Notes under the pieces: generated by a model
What the model was told of the DNA's origin: nothing
Databases searched by the model: none
Seen by the model: the letters and a program-made list of their open reading frames with translations, nothing else
Translations under genes and position numbers: made by a program
Shown: one piece after another, positions 1 to 9,418 of the stretch
Layout: every line of letters starts with the position of its first letter
Position numbering within the stretch: the first letter of the stretch is position 1
Assembly: GCF_006345805.1 (NCBI RefSeq)
Contig: NW_021825900.1
Coordinates: 1 to 14,105, forward strand
Length of the DNA stretch: 14,105 nucleotides
Source: Octopus sinensis
Taxonomy: Eukaryota
Reading direction: 5' to 3'

Positions 1-53
1 GTTAAACATTCATTCGAGGTCCTTAAGTACTACAAAAAGTGTGAGGAGTAGGT

Positions 54-97
54 AATTTGGCTGGTTTTTCTAGCACGTTGATCGAATATATGGAGGT
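54..97 (+). repeat. Fragment of unclassified dispersed repeat (family C)
   Basis: atttggctggtttttctagca resembles atttggttggtatttctagca at ~4480-4500 within this window. Confidence 0.4.
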
Positions 98-464
98 AAT
101 ACATCAGTCTAAAATAATAATAAAAAAACGCATTTAAAGCACGGACCTAGAAAATGAAATATTACAAAGCAGTTATTAACAGAATGTGCATCTAATATTA
201 AAAAAACAAAAAACAATGATGAATTAATAAGATGTATTCACTGAAAAATTAACACACAACTAAACATAAGCTTTAATAAAAACAATTCTTTCTACGGAGG
301 AACGATAAAAAGAAAATAGTATTAAAGAAACGGAGAGTAAACAGTATGCAATAAATATTTTTAGATGTCTTTTATCACAAAAGCAAATCAAATTGTATGA
401 AGAGATCGTAAGATTGAACAGCGAAGTAAATATTTCAAATAGCGTTGACGATAATTTTTGTCTT

Positions 465-476
465 CGCGCATGCGCA
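465..476. promoter_or_regulatory. NRF1/EWG-type binding motif
   Basis: CGCGCATGCGCA is an exact match to the consensus YGCGCAYGCGCR. A partial second site, TGCGCATACGTA, lies at 528-539. Motif match only; no evidence of function. Confidence 0.3.
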
Positions 477-590
477 TAAACATGTACTTCGGTCTGGAAA
501 ACTCTATAACCGGTTAATGAGTATCACTGCGCATACGTAACAGGACATACAGAGAAACACTTTTTCTTTTAAATATATTACTAATGATTG

Positions 591-607
591 ATATATATAT
601 ATTATAT

Positions 608-658
<51 letters not shown>
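591..658. repeat. (TA)n microsatellite
   Basis: Direct reading. Confidence 0.95.
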
Positions 659-659
<1 letters not shown>

Positions 660-863
660 CGGAGATGTACTGTACTTGCATAGCAAGCGACCTGATCTGA
701 GATCGTGCGCAGGAACGAAAACAATTGCAGCGTGGAAGGTGTTTATAAGCCATTTAAGAAACACACAAAACCGTTAGATTCACTTCAACATTTAAATTTA
801 ATTTGTCAAAATATTTTCGTCGCTTTGAGACCGCAACCTGTTCACTGACAAAATCCCGTGCTG
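659..863 (-). mobile_element. Probable Penelope-like element terminal-repeat (pLTR) remnant carrying a hammerhead motif
   Basis: A ~200-bp complex-sequence island between two (TA)n tracts. On the minus strand it opens with a minimal hammerhead fold and runs ~140 nt into (TA)n. The Penelope-like assignment is inferred from the known association of minimal hammerheads with these elements; no RT or GIY-YIG ORF is seen. Confidence 0.55.
802..852 (-). ncRNA. Type I minimal hammerhead-ribozyme-like motif, G3:C8 core variant
   Basis: The minus strand reads UUUGUCA-GUGAACA-G-GUUGC-GGUCUCAAA-GCGAC-GAAA-AUAU-U-U-UGACAAA. This gives a 7-bp stem I, a 5-bp stem II, GAAA, a palindromic AAUAUU stem III and UH = UU. 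Confidence 0.65.
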
Positions 864-1572
864 TATATATATATATAATGGATTCTTCCGCCGGTTTAGG
901 CGTGTGAAAGCCCATGTGTTCAATGAACTGGACGACCCAGTCATCAGGGGAGCGTGCGAAATGGCTGAGTGTTCGGCAGCTAAGTCTACCCATAACATAA
1001 TTCTGAGATAGAGTCTTTGTGACACACTGTGACAACTTTGTACATTTGAATTACAAGTACAATCTATTGGTATGACTTCAATGACATCCAGTAGTGCGGC
1101 TCTGGTCCGAAAATTCCAGGGATTCTAGGAGATGTTATTCTGACCCCGTGTATTTGCACCAGCCAATTTTTCTACTACGGACAGATGAGAGCCTCCAGCA
1201 CTTTAGCTGCGCATTTAAGGACAGGGTAACTCTTTTCGATATCCTGCATCCCGAAAGCTATTGTTTTCGCGGTACTTGTTGCACCAATACAAATTTGAAC
1301 AATCAGAGAGTGGGACTAGCTCAGTGCAAACCACGCAACTGTAATAATATTTATGGTATAGGTTGATCGGTAAACCAAAACACAAACACCATCACACTTT
1401 CTTTATAAGTCCAATAAGACTTTCCCAGCAAGCAAAGAAGCGACGTGGAAGAGAAAGAGGGACTCTTCAGTTTTGACTCTGCACACAGGCGGCCATAGGG
1501 TAGTGGTCATTTTCCACAATTTTCTGAGTCTTACTGAACTCTCATTGAACGAAGCGACGGCAGAGTCCATCA

Positions 1573-1717
1573 GACAGGCTTCCCCGTAGTTTCCGCTTTC
1601 TTATATTCACTGAGTTTTTGGCTACTATAAAAAGTAATTGGCCAACATATCACGTTGCGGCATCGAAATCCCAGACCACATGGTTTCGAAGCTAACTTTT
1701 TAACCACTAAGCCATAA
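1573..1717 (-). mobile_element. Degenerate 5' half of tRNA-derived SINE (family A)
   Basis: The reverse complement tggcttagtggttaaaaagttagcttcgaaaccatgtggtctgggatttcgat...gcggaaactacggggaagcctgtc aligns by eye to 2946-3097. Confidence 0.7.
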
Positions 1718-1869
1718 TTGCACTACGTCTGTACACAAACACACACATACACATGTGTATTAATGGGTGCACTAAATATGCAAGCATTCACGCGCTGGAC
1801 AGGATAGTAGCAAAAACAAGGCAGACATGTTCCTTGTAAGAAGCACTCTCTATGCAGACATAGCGCACG

Positions 1870-1959
1870 CTCTCTCTCTCTCAACTCTCACACACACAGA
1901 CACATACACATACACAAACACACAAACACACACACACACAGGCACACACACACACACAC
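1870..1959. repeat. (CT)n/(CA)n compound microsatellite
   Basis: Direct reading. Confidence 0.9.
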
Positions 1960-2016
1960 CTTCACATATGATGTATGTAAAATCGATTAATGAATAAACA
2001 TAAATGGTTGGGTGCG

Positions 2017-2176
2017 TATGTATATGTACCATATATGATATAAATGTATGTATATGTATATGTACGTATATATATGTGTGTGTGTCTGTATATATATATA
2101 TATGTGTGTGTGTGTATATATGTATATGTATATATATGTGCATATGCATATATATATATACATATGTATAACATAC

Positions 2177-2210
<34 letters not shown>

Positions 2211-2368
2211 TACAGATGTGGCATATATATATATATATTATAATATTATATATATATATACATATTCATATACACCCATACATACGAATATATTTATACA
2301 TACATATGTCAGTGTTTTATATTTACTTATTGTTTTTTTTTGTTGTGTGTGCGCGCGTGTGTGTGAGT
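2017..2368. repeat. Compound (TA)n/(TG)n/(CATA)n microsatellite
   Basis: Direct reading; source of several spurious Y/I/H/T-rich ORFs. Confidence 0.9.
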
Positions 2369-2698
2369 GTATTTGGCAATAAATTACCCATACTTCAATA
2401 GTTTTATTATAAACACAATGGCTGAATTTATTGACATTCTGAAAAACATTTAAAAAACGAAGGCAAGGTCTCCTTCTCGAGATGTTTAATAATTATTTGC
2501 TAATGTGCCAGATAACGTCACTATGGACTTCTTACTCGCGTATATTATAGCAACACCCAACCTTAAAACAACCACCAAAACCTCGAACTATCCCATAAAA
2601 TTACATAAATCACATGCATCACAATGTCACTCATTTAATATTTATATATATAACGAGGAGAGGTGGGGTGGCTTTAAGTTGCCGTTCGTTCTATTAAA

Positions 2699-2847
2699 GG
2701 CGAAATTAGCCGAGTCGCTAGAGCGTCGGAAAGAATACCAAGCGGCAGCTGCACTGATTCTCTATGCTCTCAGTTCGTACCTTGCTGAGGTCGACCTTAC
2801 TTTTCGTTCTCTTGGAGTTGATTGTAAAAAGAAACAAAAAAAAAAAA
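2699..2847 (+). mobile_element. Degenerate SINE, family B (5' part) followed by an A-rich tract
   Basis: ggcgaaattagccgagtcgctagagcgtcgg...agttcgtacc...gaggtcgaccttacttttcgttctcttggagttgat shows decayed A/B boxes. The downstream segment resembles, from recall, an octopus SINE with a Deu/Nin-like central domain. Confidence 0.55.
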
Positions 2848-2855
2848 TTGCATTG

Positions 2856-2933
<78 letters not shown>
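2856..2933. repeat. (TA)n microsatellite
   Basis: Direct reading. Confidence 0.95.
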
Positions 2934-2934
<1 letters not shown>

Positions 2935-2935
2935 C

Positions 2936-3098
2936 GGCGCAGGCGTGGCTGTGTGGTAAGTAGCTTGCTTACCAGCCACATGGTTCCGGGTTCAGTCCCA
3001 CTGCGTGGCATCTTGGGCAAGTGTCTTCTGCTATAGCCTCGGGCCGACCAATGCCTTGTGAGTGGATTTGGTAGACGGAAACTGAAAGAAGCCTGTCG

Positions 3099-3129
<31 letters not shown>

Positions 3130-3346
3130 GTATATGTATGTATGTGTGTGTATATATTTGTGCGTCTGTGTTTGTACCCCTAGCATTGCTTGACAACCGT
3201 TACTTAGCGGTTCGGCAAAAGAGACCGATAGAATAAGTACTGGGCTTACAAAGAATAAGTCCCGGGGTCGATTTGCTCGACAAAAGGCGGTGCTCCAGCA
3301 TGGCCGCAGTCAAATGACTGAAACAAGTAAAGAGTAAAGAGTAAAC
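2936..3346 (+). mobile_element. Near full-length tRNA-derived SINE (family A)
   Basis: A-box-like TGGCTGTGTGG at 2946-2956 and B-box-like GGTTCAGTCCC at 2989-2999. Internal (TA)/(TG) tract at ~3099-3170, 3' hairpin CAGTC-AAAT-GACTG at 3307-3320 and an (AGTAAAG)n tail. Four further copies or fragments occur in the window. Confidence 0.9.
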
Positions 3347-3348
3347 AG

Positions 3349-3349
<1 letters not shown>

Positions 3350-3392
<43 letters not shown>
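3350..3392. repeat. (TA)n microsatellite
   Basis: Direct reading. Confidence 0.95.
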
Positions 3393-3394
3393 AA

Positions 3395-3478
3395 GGCGCA
3401 GGAGTGGCTGTGTGGTAAGTAGCTTGCTTACCAGCCACATGGTTCCGGGTTCAGTCCCATTGCGTGGCACTTGGGCAA
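3395..3478 (+). mobile_element. 3'-truncated family A SINE (tRNA-like head only)
   Basis: Nearly identical to 2936-3020; ends abruptly after ttgggcaa. Confidence 0.9.
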
Positions 3479-3484
3479 TTGGTA

Positions 3485-3674
3485 CTTTATTTCAGTCATT
3501 TGGCTCTGGCCATGCTAGAGCACCGCCTTTAGTCGAGGAAATCGCCCCAGGACTTATTCTTTGTAAGCCTAGTACTTAATCTATCGGTCTCTTTGCCAAA
3601 CCGCTAAGTTACGGAGACATAAACACACCAGCATCGGTTGTCAAGCGATGCTAGGGGGACAAACACAGACACAA

Positions 3675-3726
<52 letters not shown>

Positions 3727-3891
3727 GTACGACGGCTTCTTTCAGTTTCCGTCTACCAAATCCACTCACGAGGTTTTGGTCGGCCCGAGGCTATAGTAAA
3801 AGACACTTGCCCAAGGTTCCACTCAGTGGGACTGAACCCATAACCATGTGGTTGGTAAGCAAGCTACTTACCACACAGCCACTACTGCGCC
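3485..3891 (-). mobile_element. Full-length family A SINE, inverted
   Basis: Reverse-complement match to 2936-3346 along its length, including head, internal microsatellite and tail. Confidence 0.9.
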
Positions 3892-3901
3892 TATGATTGA
3901 A

Positions 3902-3984
3902 GAAAAAAATGACGGAATGGTGATATTGGGCACTCTTTTCGCTATATTTCTTCTCGATTGTTGCTGACCTGGGGCTAAATACCA
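3902..3984 (-). repeat. Family C dispersed repeat fragment
   Basis: ctcgattgttgctgacctggggctaaa resembles ggatcagggctggcttgagacaaaac (~11686-11711) and is the reverse complement of the start of the copies at 3987 and 4331. Confidence 0.55.
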
Positions 3985-3986
3985 TA

Positions 3987-4190
3987 TGTTATTGTTGTAG
4001 CTGTTTAGATTCAGCTCAGCCCTTTATCGAGCAGACCGAAGATGTCCTTCGCGGAAAAAAGACATCAATGAATACATTATCTAATATGCTATTACATTTT
4101 TATAATAAAAGGATATGTTTTAAAATGGTGTTTAGCTTCTATTTCTAGTTTATGGAAATCCGTATAGAGAGGTTTCATCGTCGACTTGAA
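3987..4190 (+). repeat. Family C dispersed repeat, degenerate
   Basis: The motif order tgtttag..tcagccct..tcgagcagacc...acattatc...tatttctag is shared with 4331-4505. Confidence 0.6.
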
Positions 4191-4330
4191 GAAGGTAATT
4201 AGTATTTAATATTAAACTGGTGCATCAATGGGCTTCCAGCTGGGACCAACCTTTGCTACTTTTCACATATATGATACGAGAACACATTCCTGGCTAGCGT
4301 AAAGCGTAAATTGCACATTTATATAATAAA

Positions 4331-4505
4331 TTGTTGATGTTTATCCCAAGGTCAGACCTCTTTTAATACACTTGTAACCAAAAGTGTCCCAGCCGTGAAC
4401 ATCTTCTTACGTATCTAGAACAACATTATCCAATATTTCCTTGTTTTCTCATAAAATGCTATGGTATGATTTGTAGGAGATTTGGTTGGTATTTCTAGCA
4501 GGCGG
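4331..4505 (+). repeat. Family C dispersed repeat, degenerate
   Basis: ttgttgatgtttatcccaaggtcag...ccagccgtga...acattatccaat...gagatttggttggtatttctagcagg is collinear with 3987-4190 and with the reverse complement of 11535-11725. Confidence 0.6.
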
Positions 4506-4536
4506 AGTGTAAATATGTTGATAGTATGTCTATTCT

Positions 4537-4975
4537 GTTACTGGCTTCACTCATTGGATTGCAGCCACGCTGGGGTATCATCACCGAGAGATTATTACAA
4601 TTTAAACTTATTTTATCGATCCTATTATCGAAACTCTTTTTCGCGCACTATAAAGGTGCCACTGCCATAATATACACTGGTTTTAGACTAAATATGAACA
4701 GACACACACACATACACACACACATACATACACACATGCACACGCCTCACTTTCGTGCACGCACACACATACGCGTGCACACACACATACATAAGCATGC
4801 ACACACACGTCGCACACGCGACGCGCTTCTAAATAGTTTCGTCTACTAAATTCCACCCAAAACGAATTGGTTAAACCTAAGGCTACCGTGGAAGGTGCCA
4901 TGCCGCACGCAGCGTTTTCTAACCCGGAAGACCATGGCCGAGAAGCTCGCTTCTTTGTCGCAAAGTCATGTCTGG
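4537..4975 (-). mobile_element. Old, highly diverged family A SINE
   Basis: ttcactcattggattgcagccacgctgggg matches the tail, followed by an internal (CA)n tract, and gcttct..agtttcgtctactaaattccac...aggcta...aacccggaagaccatgg matches the body and head of 3485-3891. Confidence 0.7.
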
Positions 4976-5173
4976 CAATAGTTAGAAATACTAACCATTT
5001 AAATAAATTTCAATACATCTCTAAAAACACTTTGAAAATATTTCGCTGCAATTATATTTCACTCATGAAATATTATAGATCGGAAGTAAAGTAAGGTATT
5101 TATATGTCAGCCATGTTAAAATGCTATTTCAAGTGGTTTAGTAAAAGAATGTAGCATTTATTCTTAGTTTAAC

Positions 5174-5262
5174 AAGTACCAGTGAAATACTGGGGTCCGG
5201 TTCATTACTTCATCCTCTCCCGTATTTGATTTGGCCTCTCAGTCAATGAGTGCAATAAGAAA
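5174..5262 (+). mobile_element. Probable 3' part of a family B SINE
   Basis: aagtaccagtgaaatactggggtc...ttggcct resembles the recalled 3' half of the family. No second copy of this part exists in the window to confirm it. Confidence 0.4.
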
Positions 5263-5696
5263 ATAGCATTTAGTGATTTACATTGAAGGAAGCTTTAATA
5301 AGATTAGAGTTGTTTCCCTTGGTATCTGATACTGAAGAGAATTCGGAATGCATCCAATAGAGGGATCTCTAAGCTGATTATGGTGTTTCGACATCCTTTT
5401 GTCTTAAGTGAGAATTATTTTCTCTCCGTCAAACTGAAGTGAAAAGCGTTAACAGGTTCAAATATTTCTTAAACGCATTTGAACCGGCATTAAGACTATG
5501 TGTGCGCGCGCGCCTGTGTGTATGTGCATGTGTGTGTAATTATCCGTAACTTAATTCATTAAAGTGTTCCCTGGTGGTTCGTTGTGGGCTGAGCACCTAA
5601 ATACATTTGGGACATTTATTCCCGGGCTACATACAGGCATAATCGTGAAACTCGCATAGGAACTAGAAATATAAACTTGTGTTTATCCTTATTTCT

Positions 5697-5872
5697 CATA
5701 TACATACCTACATACAAACATACATACATACCCTCATACATGTGTATCTATGTGTGTGTGTGCGTATGTGTGTGTATATTGTGTATATGTGTGCGTGTTT
5801 GTGCACATACACACATGTGTGTATATATATTCTTATCTTATATGTATTGAATTATAATGTATATATGTATGT
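5697..5872. repeat. (CATA)n/(TG)n/(TA)n compound microsatellite
   Basis: Direct reading. Confidence 0.85.
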
Positions 5873-5982
5873 TATTAAGGTTCTCATTTTTGTTAAATGA
5901 ATAAATAAGTCAACATTCTAATATCCAAAAGCTGATGAACCAACTAAATAGTTTCTTCATTTTTTCTCCATTTTCTTATTTG

Positions 5983-6045
<63 letters not shown>

Positions 6046-6107
6046 CATACGTATGTCTTTCTCTGTGTATATATAAATTTATACGTATATATATGTAAAC
6101 ATATGTA

Positions 6108-6139
<32 letters not shown>

Positions 6140-6147
6140 ATATATAA

Positions 6148-6189
<42 letters not shown>

Positions 6190-6199
6190 ATATATATAT

Positions 6200-6274
<75 letters not shown>

Positions 6275-6320
6275 CGTGTATTATTAAAGTATATATGTAT
6301 ATAAAGATACACGCACACAC
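5983..6320. repeat. Long imperfect (TA)n microsatellite
   Basis: Direct reading. Confidence 0.95.
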
Positions 6321-6978
6321 AATGCATAAAATATTTGGACGGTCAGACTGAAAACGTATTTGATTGATTACCCGTCTGTTTTTTGCCAGGTACGGAAGTA
6401 CATATTTGATAACCTCGTGTTCCCCACAAACTATACTTAGAAAGAAGCGTACAAAAGCAATGGCATAAAATTAACAACAATACACAACTACATATATATA
6501 TACATCATATCTATATATATTATATTATATAATATATATAAAATCTCGTATATACATACGTGCATGAATTCAGTGAACGATAAAATAGAGAACAGTCTCG
6601 TGGTAGCGACACACCTTTTTGTATTTTTGCAGACGAGACATTATGAGACACATCGTGTTACTATAAAAACTATATATAAATATATATATATTATATATAT
6701 TATATATATATATATATATATAATATAAAGAAATCTGACGTAAGAATATGGTTTATTGTAGGACTTTAAGCGAAATGTTACACAAACATTGCACCAAGCC
6801 TAACAATACAGTAATTCCATGTGTTCATATGTGTGTGTGTACGTGTGTATTATATTCGGGTAATTTAACTTAATAGGTCTGATGCAGTGTCACGTGCATC
6901 TTGCATTGTCCTACAAATTAACATTATTTTTAGATCAGCTTATCACGCCTATATGGTTTCAGATATACATATTTGTAA

Positions 6979-7360
<382 letters not shown>

Positions 7361-7365
7361 GTTTG

Positions 7366-7525
7366 TTTTTTATTTGTTTCAGTCATTTGACTGCGGCCAT
7401 GCTGGAGCACCGCATTTTAGTCGAACACATCGACCCCCAGGACTTATTCATTGTAAACATACTACTTATTCTATCGGTCTCTTTTTCCGAACCGTTAAGT
7501 TACGGGTGGCGCAAACACACCAAAC
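7366..7525 (-). mobile_element. 3' half of family A SINE
   Basis: tttcagtcatttgactgcggccatgctggagcaccgc...gacttattc...tacttattctatcggtctc is the reverse complement of ~3200-3325. Confidence 0.9.
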
Positions 7526-7705
7526 ATACCAAGATCCGAATGCGTCCCTTGTTAAATCGCTCGACAGACGATGCTGTAGGGTTGTTCTTCCAAACCATTT
7601 TCATATTGCAGTTTTTTTTGGGGGGTGGGGTGTTCATATTCGCACCAGCTAACAAGCAGGTATCTGTATTCGTCCCGCTGTTTGTTTTCGACTTCTGTTG
7701 TATTC

Positions 7706-8010
7706 GAACCACTGTTTCTCCGCATTGAGAGCTCACAGCAGCTTCCGTTCTATGGAACTATGATTAGAATGTCGCAGGAAATTCTTTCTAGAATTGCTTG
7801 ACAGATTCTTCGAGCCAAGCCAACTGGCGGTGTGGGGTAGGGCTAAGATTAGACCAAGAATGAGATATTTGGATAATATCCCTAGTTCCAGTTGGTCACG
7901 CTTGAGAATCCAATCGGAATGTATCATAACGGTTGCTTCTGATAGGACCCTTTGGAGAAGGGGCCAGGAAATTCTACTGCTATGATTCTTACAGGAATAG
8001 AGGACGGAGA
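7706..8010 (+). mobile_element. Decayed 3' end of an RTE-clade LINE (ORF C-terminus)
   Basis: Translation from 7706 gives EPLFLRIESSQQLPFYGTMIRMSQEILSRIA*QILRAKPTG; after a frameshift it gives RPRMRYLDNI...WSRLRIQSE...VASDRTLWRR. This matches the RTE C-terminal pattern 'QLRW.GH..RM...G.R.RGRPR.RW.D....A.DR..WR'. The stop and frameshift indicate a dead copy. Confidence 0.8.
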
Positions 8011-8249
8011 TCAGTTCGAAACATATGTAGCAGTCTTCATACAACGCCTGTACAACCAAGCAACCAGTCTGCAGCTTCTTGGAGACGTTGAGGCACAAAA
8101 GTCGAGAGCATCAATGAATTGATATTGCATTCCTTTAAATTATCCACCTCGGACATACAAATGGCCAAATTGGTCAGCTCGAGATGGGTATTGCGATCCT
8201 AAATTACCAGAACAAAGATGCCCGATGCTCTACCGACCGATTCTACCAA

Positions 8250-8417
8250 TCCATCTGACCATCCATCCATCCACCCATCCACCCATCCGACCATCCATCG
8301 TCCACCCATCCACCCTTCCATCCACCCATCTGTCCATTCATTAGTCCACCCATCCATCCACCCATCCGTCCACCCATCCATTCACCTATCCGTCCACCCA
8401 CCCATCCATCCACCCAT
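8250..8417. repeat. Imperfect (CCAT)n microsatellite
   Basis: Direct reading. Confidence 0.9.
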
Positions 8418-8460
8418 CGTAAACAAACGTAAACAAACAAACGAAGTTTGCTTTAGAAGC

Positions 8461-8461
<1 letters not shown>

Positions 8462-8499
<38 letters not shown>

Positions 8500-8521
8500 A
8501 TTATTATTATTATTATTATTA

Positions 8522-8575
<54 letters not shown>

Positions 8576-8716
8576 ATTATCTCATTATTATTATTAATTA
8601 TTATTATTTTATTATTTATTATTATTATTATTATCATTTATTTTATTATTATTATTATTATTATTATCTCATCTTATTATTATTTATTATTATTATTATT
8701 ACTATTATTATTATTA

Positions 8717-8794
<78 letters not shown>

Positions 8795-8873
8795 CATTAT
8801 TATTATTATTATCATTATATTATTATTATTATTATTATTATTATATTATTATTATTACTATTATTATTACTAT
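8462..8873. repeat. (ATT)n trinucleotide microsatellite, ~410 bp
   Basis: Direct reading. Confidence 0.95.
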
Positions 8874-8979
8874 TGCTGTTTGTTTATGTCATAACTTATA
8901 CAACATTTATCTTATCCTTATACGTGTCAACCAGCATAAGTTTCGGTTCGTTTCAGCGGTTCAAAGAGCCGCGAAATTA

Positions 8980-9036
<57 letters not shown>
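8980..9036. repeat. (ACT)n microsatellite
   Basis: Direct reading; uninterrupted tract. Confidence 0.95.
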
Positions 9037-9037
<1 letters not shown>

Positions 9038-9086
9038 GTTGTAATAGTTCAACTGGTACCTCTCCCACCACCACCTCACCTCCTCA

Positions 9087-9384
9087 GGTCATTCCTGATA
9101 CTACGGAAGTTCCTGTGTCCTGTGATCAAACTCATTCCATCGTTCCAGCCAAACAGCTATGACCAATATAATAATATATATATTAATATATATATATATA
9201 TTATATGTATATATATATACATATATATATATTGTAATAATAATATACTAGATATTACAATATATATATGTGTATATAGAGTACCATATATATATATTAT
9301 ATATGTATATATATATATACATGCATTATATATATGTATATATATATGCATATATATATGTATATATATATGTGCCACATATTA

Positions 9385-9418
<34 letters not shown>

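Noticed and set aside
908-951. Minus-strand CUGAUGA followed by hairpin CUGG-GUCGU-CCAG
   Set aside because: No GAAA directly after stem II (UUCAUUGAAC instead) and no proper stem III/UH, so it is not a supportable hammerhead.
877-1370. Complex-sequence block with ORF 1094-1366, possibly a decayed transposon coding region
   Set aside because: I could not recognise a reliable RT, GIY-YIG or transposase motif in the frames I read; a blastx search would be needed.
1403-1476. Minus-strand CUGAAGA...GAAA with a 5-bp stem III-like hairpin
   Set aside because: Stem I cannot form and stem II is not convincing.
8951-8976. GC-rich hairpin GCGGTTC-AAA-GAGCCGC followed by GAAA
   Set aside because: No hammerhead CUGANGA box in the right position on either strand, and a bacterial-type terminator is irrelevant in this eukaryotic context.
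8218-9162. 314-aa ORF with poly-I/Y/L/T runs
   Set aside because: A product of (CCAT)n, (ATT)n and (ACT)n tracts that lack stops in this frame.
9151-9165. AAACAGCTATGACCA matches the M13-reverse/lacZ vector sequence
   Set aside because: Only 15 nt with non-vector flanks, and cagctatgacc also occurs at 9761-9771 as part of a local repeat, so it is coincidence rather than contamination.
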